From NCBI GenBank assembly GCA_040954595.2, contig CM082583.2, positions 12,201,222 to 12,265,221 of the forward strand: a stretch of DNA of 64,000 nt. The letters run 5' to 3'. Positions 53,314 to 64,000 of the stretch are shown here, piece after piece. Position 1 is the stretch's first letter. Every line of letters begins with the position of its first letter. This DNA comes from Balanoglossus misakiensis (taxonomy: Eukaryota > Animalia > Hemichordata). The position numbers and the translations under genes are program-made. The notes under the pieces were generated by a model that saw only the letters and a list, made by a program, of their open reading frames with translations, was not told where the DNA came from and made no database searches.

Positions 53314-56300
53314 CAGTAAATTTTGCAACTACGGTACACATGCTAAATAAATAATACTCTGTATAGCCTCCTTTTCAGTCAATTATTTCATTGAATGTTG
53401 GCTGATTGTGGTTCCCGTATATCTACTACAAACACGACTTTACAGGGATTTAGTTTTATTGCAAAGAAAGATCCAGTGAAAATGTTGATTCTAAATTTGT
53501 ATGGAAAATGTATTATTTAACAAGATTCATTTTAAAGCCCGGCCACCTGTTTCATTTTCAACAGAACGGTTTCTATAGCAACAATTTTAAGTACAACTGA
53601 CAGTAATGTTTGAACACTGGTTGAATTTTTGTCAGTTATATTATTCTGTCAGTTGGGCATTACGCATTGTAATTTATGATACAAGCGTTCAAATTACATG
53701 TTCATTGCATGTGGTAATGTTGGGGGGGGGGGGGGGTACAAAGCCAGACATTTTTGAGACTTGGCAGAATGTGTGTACATGTTTACACTGCCAGTTCCCC
53801 CTCTTCAGGCTGAGTTTTGGTTCAACCCTTATCTTCAATAAAATGGCATGTGTCAATCATAAAGAGAGGTGAAAGAATTATTAAGCTGTATTGTCTTTAT
53901 AATTATGTACAAAGTAAAGTAAATTTTAAGTATATTGAAAAACAAACTACATGTAGTAGGATAAAATCAAACATTTGGTTTGTACTGTTTGCTCAAACTC
54001 TTTCAAATCAAAGTCCAGAGTGTGGTGGGTGTTGGATCATATAATGCAAGCATCTGTGCAAATGCGGCTGAATTGGAACAGGGAATTAGGTTGAAAAACG
54101 GGGTGAAAAATCTGTAGTGTGCATGTATTTTCAAGGGACTAATAAAGATACGAGGTTCTTGTCTGAGAATTATTCATATTTTGTAGCTTTTCAACATCTA
54201 TCCATCTTTTAATTAAAGTAGGGTATTTTTTACAAACTGATCAATAGATATAATGAGACACTCACAAGTCTAAAATTTCTACAAACTTATACAAATGGTT
54301 TTTGCATCCAGCCTACACAGAACGCTTCAGTCCACATACATTACTCAGTGCGTAGGCGTGCACACACACAAACTGTGTGTGCACGTTGGCCGTCTTCGGA
54401 CTCTGTACGCTCTACAAATAAGGAAACATACGTCATAGCACCTTTGGTTACAGCAGGTGTGTAATAATACAAGTTATAAAGATGTTGGACTACCGGTAAA
54501 CCAAACTGCAAATATTTCCTCATTTAGATCATCAAGTGGAACCAGATGTATATTTTTTGTTGTTGATCATTTAATCCTATTTTGGTTAGTTTGAGTTTCA
54601 CATCTTGTTGTACTTGTGTAAAAATCTTTTCGATTCTGACCTGATGGTGTACTTCATTTGAGATGGCTCGCTTGTTTGGATGGTGATGTGTAGCTACACA
54701 CTAGCATCTACCAGTCATTTTCCAGATTTCAATTTTCATGCTATAAAACCTTTCATCGCGTGATGACGTGTCATGATTTACAAGCCTGGTATGTTTGTGG
54801 AAATCTTTATGATAGGGTAATTTATTACAGTTTGAGGTATAATTTTACAGTTTGCCATGTAATGTAAATGATTAATCTATTCAACATGTCATTCTTCAAT
54901 TATCGTTTTAGGTAGTAATTTCTGATTTGTTTATATTTCATAAAACCGCATTTTCGCCTTGCTTTTGTCCCAACCGTCCGTAATTTTAATTCATTTTGCG
55001 CCTCTTTTGTGTAGTTTGTTGAAAAGGTAGCTGTGTATGTTTGAATGTTTTGATTAACTCATCTATTCATACGGGCATAAATAAAAAAAAAAAGAAGAAG
55101 ATATTTCTGTGCCACCAGTGAGTCAGACCAGACATGTCTTTCAAAGGAATCTGCAATTCTGATATTACAATTAGTTTCTGGATAGTGATATTTTTGTCAC
55201 CTTTACTTGCTGACCCAAGGAACTCAGGAGAACCACTTTTTAATGTAACTGTCTCTTTTCTGAATGCATGAGTTCAAAACACAAAATTAAATAGGTATAA
55301 ATAGAATTGCTGTCACAGGTATTGCTATGCTATGTCTGGCCCAGGTAATATCTCTTTCAGGGTGTCTGAAAACTACATTCCAATGAGATTAAAAATTGCG
55401 TCCACCACAATTTAGAGACTAGCCAGGAAAATTGCATTCCATGCAAATGCAGGAGAGAATTTCTGTCCACTGAAGTGGCAAAATGGGGAGATTTGTCCTC
55501 AGTATTGCATTTTGTTTGTAAAAGGGAGAGATAGCTGATTTCCCTCGCTTATTAATTTATGTTCACAATTCAATTGAGAGCCGCTTTCCACTGTATGGAG
55601 TGTTTATGAACATGAAGAGCCACTCGACTGAAATTGAATTTTCTTCCCACTGAAGAACTGATTACTTACACTTTGTTAGGTGTGGATACGATACCTCTTG
55701 AGTTTAGACCTAATGAAATCGCCACAGACATGCCTGCAATAAAACGTGAATGAAAGAAGAAAATTTCCGTCTGATAAGCCGTGAATGGAGTGCGGATCGC
55801 CCTGCTTTTTCTGCCAAGCCAGCCGCGAGTTCTGTTCAATTAAATTTATTGTGTCATTTTCTTTTGCAGGAGTGTGTTGCTGATTGTTGCTCAGCCGTGT
55901 TCGAGTAAGTGGCATAGCGATGGAAACCATGTTGCAAATATTTCAGTGATAAATTTTCTGGAGTGGCACAGTCACGGTTTAGTAATAACTGCCTAGCCAC
56001 GCGAGATCTCACAGGTCTCGTAGAGTTATGAAAATGGCAGAGAACAAGCAGGTACCCACCCCCACCCCACCCCCAGCTGTTTCCTGCTTCATCTAGCTTG
56101 TTTCTGAACCAACATCCTGGTCGTCATGGTTTCTTCGGCGGTTTCGGCACAAGGGCTCGTAATCGCATCTTATTATTGTCATTTACTGTAACTTGTAAGA
56201 AAAAAGCCCCAAAGTTGAGTCTCAATATGTGCTGTGTAGGTCTGAGTAGGAGTCGTAAATACCTAATACAAGGCTTTCAAATCACTTTGATCACATCTCT

Positions 56301-59300
56301 CACGCACACACGTTTTATGTCTGTCCGCTCCTTGTAAATTGCAGCAATCACACTGTGAGCGGAGATTTTCCAAATCAACGATTTACACGCCATGTAGGTA
56401 ATTCTGTGTATAGCCGTCCTTTTCGTGAAGAGGGTTGCAATTTTCCCTGCACTATGGAGTCGCATCATGGCGATCCTTCTGTGAATCAGTGGGATTACTT
56501 GCTCTGAATGACAGAAAGATGTCTATGTTTGAGTACATACAGCGCAGCAGGGTTTTTGCATCCAAATTCCAATGCTTCTTACTGAACATATTTCAGTTTA
56601 CAAGCAAAACAACATAACCAGCCTATCAGAAGAAGCTATAATAACCGAAATAAAGACAGAAGTGAGTAACTTTGCCCCTTTAAAATATTGGGATCACAGA
56701 CATCTATGGGAACTGAGATGCCTGGAAGGTGTCTCTGTTAGAAGCGCACGGAGTACTCACTCATCAGATGCCCTGTGATGACCTCTCAGATGGCATTTTG
56801 ATCATAATTAGAGCGTTAATAGTGTAGAACAGTAATAGATCACAAATCTTGCATGTTAGACCCAGAGCTGAATCACTAGCTCTGTGTAAAGCAGTTAAGA
56901 AAAGAAAATTATGTTTTATTCCCTGGACACCTGTTCTGTTAGGTCTGAGATTTCTAGGGATCGTAAATTGCCATCTAGTTGGCTGATGCATCAAAGGCAG
57001 TCACTCTTGTTGTTTAAATGGTTGAGCAGCTCATCAATTAAAGGGGTGTGGTCACCACTTTTTCAAACTGTTTGTGGTGACGTAGTTAGTTTTTTGGTCA
57101 TGAATCTCACCTGGTTTATCTAGCAGTAGCAAGTTCAACAGCACAATGGAGATAGTTGGACCAATCTGAAGCTATTACTGTTTGCCTACTCCTGTTTTCT
57201 TGAGCAAACGTAGTTAGTGATATGTCCAAATTAATCTTCTGTTATCAATTTTCTTTGTGGCAATCCTAGTCTTCTAAGGAAGTAACAGAAAAAGAGGCAT
57301 TGATCGCTGGGCCCATTATGAACTATCCAATCTTTTATTTCTTAGGAAATTAGGAATGTTGTAAGCGTATATTGATGGAGCGAAATCAACTTTGGTGTCA
57401 ATGTTGTTCATGAGCTGGCTGTAGCTTAAGTGCTTTGACAATAACAACACAGATTAGATATTGGGAAAACAGTTAGCAGTTGACGAGGGAGATTGCTTTT
57501 TGAACCGTAAACACCCTGTATTGATAACTACAAGCAAGTGGAACTTAGCTCTATTTAGTGTTTCTGCGACGTCTTGTGTGCGCATTGAGACTGCTTTTGA
57601 AAAATTTTGAAAATGATTTACACAGCACTCGAGTGGCAGTCAAATGTGCTTGACGAGCGTGTGACGCTGACTGGAAACAATTTTTGAGTGGTTCTCAGGA
57701 TTCTTTTGTTTCCTCCTGCCTCTCCAAGACTCGTGGAGAAGTGCGACTCTTGATCTGCACCTTAGCAATCGGCAAACCCCCTGATCACTTCACTCTGAAG
57801 GGGCGATTTTTTAATTTCACGTGGAAGATGTTTTGACCGACGCTGAAGGACTGTACATGTATATGGAAGCAGGGATGCGAGTAGGGAGAGAGAGAGAGGG
57901 TGGGCGGGGAATCGCACACGCCAGATCCTTCCCGCCCTCTGCACGTTCAGTATTCACTTCACGTTTCAGCAGTTTTACTGTGCCATCTCGTCCTAATTGG
58001 AAAGCAGCATATGCTTTAGGCAACATTTACGCTGTTGTGAAAGTGGATGGGACTTTGCTGTGTTTTTCATTTCCTCAAATCAGAGTAAGGCTCAGTTTTT
58101 ACCTGAGTCGTACTATGGGAAGAGGGGGTGGGGAGACAACTTCACTGCCACGTCAAAAGATGTCTAGTTTGCTAAGGGTGCGACAATGCCTTCCCGTTTC
58201 ACCGGCACCATCGCGCATTGTTAGATCATAAACAGGCGAGAAATAGTAGTCTGACAATACTATTATGCGAAATTGAAAACGAAATTGAATAAATTTATCA
58301 CCAAAATGAACATATAATCCATTGGTTGCTGCAGGGTTGAATTGATGGAAAGCTTTGAACTGCCGGCAAACCTATCAGTATTTCATAGCTGATCGCCTTT
58401 GGGGACAGTTCTCCTCCCTGACACCAGTTAGAACTGTTAGTCTTAGCTCTCCCCAGCTCTAATTTGTTACTCATACGCACTGCTTATAATGGACTGATAG
58501 CTTTTATTACTGACAGCCCTGTCCGAATCCTCCAATCCTTCATCAGTTTTCATTATCTTTTTGTATTGTTTTTTACAGTTTGGAAATTGCGCCGGTGAAA
58601 TGAGCGTGCGTAGGAAATGGATCGTATAGGGTCGGCGCGCTGCTCCCTGGAAGACACGTGAAGGAGGCCAGGCTGTTATCCGGTAAATTACTCACTCTTA
58701 GTGCTGGGATCGAGTAGCGTGCAATCTCTCGCTGCCCGGAATAATCTGCAGTGTCTCTCTGCCGTTGCTAAAACACACATCTCTCTGGCCGGCAGCAGCC
58801 TTTCCGAGATGAGCTTCTCCATCGTCAGACAACACTCCATCAGCACCAGCGACTGTTTTGGTATTCTGTCTGCGTGGCAGTAATTGGATTTGTTACTTGT
58901 TAAATTGTTGTAGGGGAGGCTAACCAAATGCTCAATTTATTCAACAAACTAGCTAATTATGAAATGAACTTCTTTGACCTTTGAATGCGATTACACATCT
59001 CTTCATCTGACTGTTGTGTTTTCAGGTAAGTTCATCATCTTCAAGTTTTTTCATACGGTTTCCTCCCCCTTTTTTCACACTTAGATGGAACTGTGACTCA
59101 TCACACTCTGAGAAGACATTGCCATACTTTGGGATAATACTTACAACCGGGGGAGGTGTAACTATTAATGGTGCTTCGTAATCAGTATTCTAGAAGTTGC
59201 TTTTTCGTATTTATTATCTACTTAATTTTTGAAGATTTCCACGGACGTCAAGTGAGAGTTGCCTGCTAAAAAAGTAAAGTAAGGTGAGTACATTTCTTTT

Positions 59301-59322
59301 CAATTTAAATAGGATAACACAT

Positions 59323-59370
59323 TTCAGTGGCATTTCGAGAAGTCACTTCAGTGGCATTTCGAGAAGTCAC
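59323..59370. repeat. Exact 24-bp tandem duplication
   Basis: TTCAGTGGCATTTCGAGAAGTCAC twice. Confidence 0.93.
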
Positions 59371-62300
59371 TCCATCTTAGACTGTGTTTACATTGTGTCA
59401 GTTAGCATTGCGTCAACTTATCAGTTGGGAGAACTCAGGATGTGTCATAAAACAAATATGAGCTCATCACAAGCACAGTGATAGACCCCCTCCCCCTCTT
59501 AAAGCCAATATCGGCATATCACTGACTCTGTGTGAACGCTAACGTAGGCGTTTCACTGATACAGTGTGCCCTCTAAGGCCAATTTGAAGATGCCGTCGAC
59601 TTCACGTGTATGTTCCTGACATATTTAGGCAAGCAGTGGGGGGTTGAACCAAAGTTTGGTGCCGAGAGGGTTGACAGCGTTGTGATGATGACATTTGAAA
59701 TCGTACTCCTGTAATAACCTGGAAAAGTGCTGCCGTTTCTGTGTAAAACTGTTCTTGCTGTGAGCAGGTTTTCTCGGTAATATAAAAACAGAAAAAGGAT
59801 TAGTGGAAATACATTTTCAGTCACCACTTTCATGGAAATTTGTTGTGCACAGGTTAAGTGTGACCGCAGGCTTGTATCAGATCCTTGGCGTGGTATGGTT
59901 ACGTAAAATTTGCCTTGCATTCCACTGTAATTCCTTTTACTGAAAAAGTATGCAAGCGTAGATATTACCAAGCAAGACAAAAAGGCTATATGATCTTACA
60001 AAGCAGAGGGAAAATGCTAATGCGATGATATAAATATCTTGATTTTCATACAAAAAGGAATATATGTCCGCAGAGAAACCACTGCAACGCTCATGTTTTC
60101 TACAGAATCCAAGTGTCTGTTGCCGTCTTGCTGTAAATATTGATGATTTTTTACTGAGTCTGTATGCATCTACGTATGTGATAACGTTTAGGAGTTCCTT
60201 TTTGGACTGTCGCATAAAATTTAACGGCTTTTCAGTTCTGCCATAAAGCTTCACTGAAATGTTGGGTGAGAGACTTTTGAAGAGGCCTCGGAGTTGAATT
60301 TTGTTATTGCGTTTGTGTCAAATCTGTGAGGCAACTTTAACTGAGGGTATTCTGATGAAATAGATGTCCTCTCCCGCAGGAACAATATCAGATTGGCCCC
60401 CATACTGATGAGTAAACAGTTGAATACAGGTAGGTGTAGGGAAAGGTGCTTGGTTTTCTCAGGTGAGACTTGGACAGGGAATACAGTTTACAATGGATGG
60501 TGTGTTGTCTGCAAAAGGTAGCATGTTTTTCAAGCAAGACTTCAGCTTGCCACTTTGCTCTCTAGACAACTAGACTTCCTGGTCTGTTTGGAGTTGTCTC
60601 AAATTAGGGGCTGAAGTGTGTACGTTTTTGTTGTGCTGTGAATTCTGTTGGATAAAGCGCATCACTGTGATTTTATCTGTGGTGTGTTAATTCTGATTGA
60701 ATGTATGTGCAGATGCCTGACTGTCTGTCGGCAAGTGCGTTTGTATAAAATTCATGATTTCAGCGCTGTAAAGATAATTTGACCGCCACACGCACACACA
60801 CTTCCCACTTTTTAAAGAGATGTGCAAATGGATTTTGCCTTCCCAAAGTCAGGGCAGCTGTCATTGTTGCCAACCGCACAGAAATAAAAAAAGAGGGGTT
60901 GTTTTTCAGCCCTGGTTCTGTTCCATACAAAGGAAAATCGGAACAGGCCACGATTGGGCTGTAAAGTGGCCAGCACACCGATACAGAAGTCAGTTGCCAA
61001 GGCATTGTCAGAGAAATGTTTTGTCACAAGAAGTGAGCCTTCATAAGATGCTCAACACCAGATGCTATGAGGACAACAGATCTTTTGTATATAAAATAGA
61101 GGGGAAGTTTCTCTTGTAAGTTTACATCATAGTTACTGAGTTTGCAAAAAGAGGGAGGCAGGACATGTACTCGCACACACACACAAAAATAGAAGAGGGT
61201 CCGAGATGAAAAGAAAGCAAATAGGCAGATGTAGAGAGTTGGCTGAGTAGCCTGGGTAAATATTGGCAGTGAAGTGCGTGTGTGTAAATACTTGATTCAA
61301 GGGCGGATGAGGGAGACAAGACTATTTACTGGTCGTTGACCAACTTTTATGGAGCTCCTATTCTTCAAACTTTTTTGTGTCTGTTTATGGCTCCCCACAA
61401 GATGATAGCACCCCTTTTTTGGTGACCTTGCTTTTGGGGCTTCCTATCAGCTGCGGAGACAATCCAGTTCCTTAAAATGAAACACCTCCCAGGGACCTTG
61501 AGTTGCTTCGCCTATTTGGATGTATGCAGATGGCACCTGTGACATCATCTTGCCGTTTCAACATTTGTCCAATAGGCAGTTACTGTCTCCATCCACATTT
61601 GCATATGCTAATTACTGTACGCATGAGCGTGCATACATACATACACACATATAGTATGTACATACATATTGTATGTATGTACAGTGTGTGGATGTGTGGG
61701 ATGTACATGATTGTCAAGGTAGCTAACCTCTGAGCACTGAAAAAATGAGTACTTAGAACCCTTGGTGATTTTTGCATCACTTAGTGAAAACCACCTCCAT
61801 TCTCTTTTGCAAAGCATTATTGCTTTTTCACCAAAAAGCAGTGATGTTAGACCATCCCCTACTGAAAGGAAAAGTGGGCATGTATGACTTTTGAGCATCT
61901 GTTTTACAGCCTCACTACCCTTTGTTGCATGTTGCCTGTCTGACTGGGTCACCACTTCCCTGTGTTGTCGCACGCATTAATAAGCTGTCATTACCTCAAC
62001 TTTTGTACCAATTTTGTCGGGCAATTGAGATGTCATTCAGCTTCTCGTGGCGGGGATACACACACATATACACCTGGCACCAGCTCTGTGATGAGTGTGT
62101 GTCCAGTATGCCTATAAAAGTTTAATGGATAAGACTTGTGTAGGTTTTCATGGTCACCAAGATTTCAGAGTCTGTAGTAGATATCCAGTTTAGAAGGCAT
62201 GTCTGTATGTTGACAAAGTGAGTGATATTTTTTAGGAAGTATCACAATGAATGTGACTTTGCAAAACTCTGGTTCAAATACCCATCATCTGTATGGACAA

Positions 62301-64000
62301 TAATCAATGTGGTACTTCTGAGCATTGTATTAAGTATGGACCCATAGTATCCCTACATGTCTGATCGCCCAGTTTTGATGGCAGCTCCCTCAAGGCACGT
62401 GATAATACCTAGTGAAATTTTGCCAGAGGAATCTCCAAGTTGTCTCCAGATTCCATAACCTTCCAACTGCAGATTCCACGTCCTCTATCTGCAGTGTGCT
62501 TCCTGCTGACAAGAGCTGGGGAAGATTTTGCAGTAAAATACAACCCTGAAGCGTTACACTGTAGACAGACAGGATAAAAGTGAAATTTATGAGAACATTT
62601 TTTGCAAATATGTCTCAGTGTGTAACAGATTGTTAAATTCTTGGATTTAGCTGTAAAACGTCTAATTAATATGTGTATTTTTAAAGCAGTGGACAAAACA
62701 TACCATCACCGATAAATATATTGTGAGACAGCTGCTTAGAAAACCCAGCACGGTTTAAAAACACGGCAACACGCTTGCCTGAAGGATGGCAGAGTCGGTA
62801 ATGGTGACCTTTTCTTTTCGTAAGGTCGTGCTGTAATGGCGATGAAAAACGAGCCTACCCCTGGTAGCAGTGAATTATGTAATTCCGAGTTTTGCTCTAA
62901 AAGCGAGCCAGCAATGGCTTCTGCCGAGTCGAGATGACGGTGCAGTCGTTTCGCGGAAAGTGTTGGCACACTTGTGCTCTTTTGAACCTGAATGCATTTA
63001 GAAGAAGAAGAAAAAACAGGAGTGGTGTGTTGGAATTGGTGAGAGAGATCTAACAATTGGTCTCTGGGGAGGAGTGTGATTTTTAACGGATCATAATTGC
63101 TGTATGCAGTTGTCTGACAGCTCTTTGCGTGCAGATTGGCAGGGAGAGTGATGAAGTGGTGATCTGGGGGCGAGAGAGAGAGACAGAGAAATTGGCAGGC
63201 TTGAGTAAATGGAAACGTTAGTCATTGTGGTTATTGCAGAATCGCAGCTACACAGTGCGGTGTTTATTCAAATAATGAAGCGAGAGTGATGTGACGCAAG
63301 ATTTCCGACAAGCAGGAAACAATCTCACCGCTTGCTCAATGCCCCTCGTACATTCTAATTGAAAGCGTACGCTTTGTGTCGCGCACAAGGACATGTTCCA
63401 ACTAGAAATCAACCAGGGATCCAAGATTCAGGAACTCATTTCATCAGTGTAATCAAGTGGTAAAGTCCCACTTTGTGCCAGTTGATTAGGATAGATACTG
63501 TCTGTAGCTCTTAACCTTTCCACCCCCATATTCACATGCATGGTTCAGCCCATACCATTGAAAACAATGGGGGTTTGGACTGAAGTGGTGAGAAGTTGAG
63601 GGGAGCAGCAGCTGATAAGAGGACAGACATGAAGCAATTTCCTAAAAATATGAGTAAAATTAAATTCTTGATTTGTCTTGAGGGGGGGGGGGGGGGCCTT
63701 TGAATTATTAATTTCCCTCTTACATGGATTGATTACGAGTTTCAGAGATTAATTTCCCGAAACGGCAATAAATATGAAGGTTAAAGGAGTTTCATTTCTG
63801 GAAAAAATATGTCCCAGATGTACTGTTAGCGCAATTATAGTAACATGGTCTTTGGGTATTTAGTGCTATCTTGTAAGCATTCAGCAGTTAATTGAGACGG
63901 TCCTTCACACACAAATCGTCACAGAATAAAAGAAAATGAATATGAAAATAAACGTGGCTGAGAAAGTGTGATGGATTTTTGTCAAGACGCGCCAGTCAAT

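Noticed and set aside
54357-54385. 12-bp perfect hairpin CGTGCACACACA / TGTGTGTGCACG
   Set aside because: Mostly CA/TG low-complexity pairing and too short to be informative.
58512-58546. - strand CTGATGA-AGGATTGGAGGATTC-GGACAGGGCTGTC, resembling a Penelope-type hammerhead relic
   Set aside because: The core GAAA is replaced and stem I does not pair. At best an inactive relic; an Infernal search would settle it.
59323-59370. 24-bp direct repeat considered as CRISPR-like or a heat-shock element
   Set aside because: Two adjacent copies with no spacer in a eukaryotic intron, and only two nGAAn units per copy. A simple slippage duplication.

Overview
Animal genomic DNA with GT-AG introns, about 40% GC by eye. 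Gene content and repeat texture suggest an invertebrate deuterostome (hemichordate/echinoderm-like), but that is an impression, not a test. The window has four parts. (1) 1-308: the 3' end of a + strand transcription-factor CDS whose C-terminus resembles FoxB. (2) About 18 kb with no recognisable coding sequence but many CpG- and TF-motif-rich patches. (3) A head-to-head housekeeping pair that I reconstructed by hand with continuous reading frames: MRPS11 (- strand, 7 coding exons, 208 aa) and PDIA3/ERp57 (+ strand, 12 coding exons, 487 aa, ending KTEL), with 409 bp between the ATGs. (4) From about 32.37 kb, an NRF1/YY1-type promoter and a donor opening what looks like the >31 kb 5' region of a large unidentified + strand gene. 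The best leads are a FoxB-type regulatory landscape extending into the enlarged MRPS11 introns and bounded by CTCF-like motifs, candidate recursive (AG|GT) splice sites in the long intron, a decayed duplicate of PDIA3 exon 1, and a perfect 29-bp hairpin. I found no CRISPR array, rRNA, tRNA or intact transposase/RT. Nothing here is a proven new system. The regulatory calls are motif-based hypotheses.
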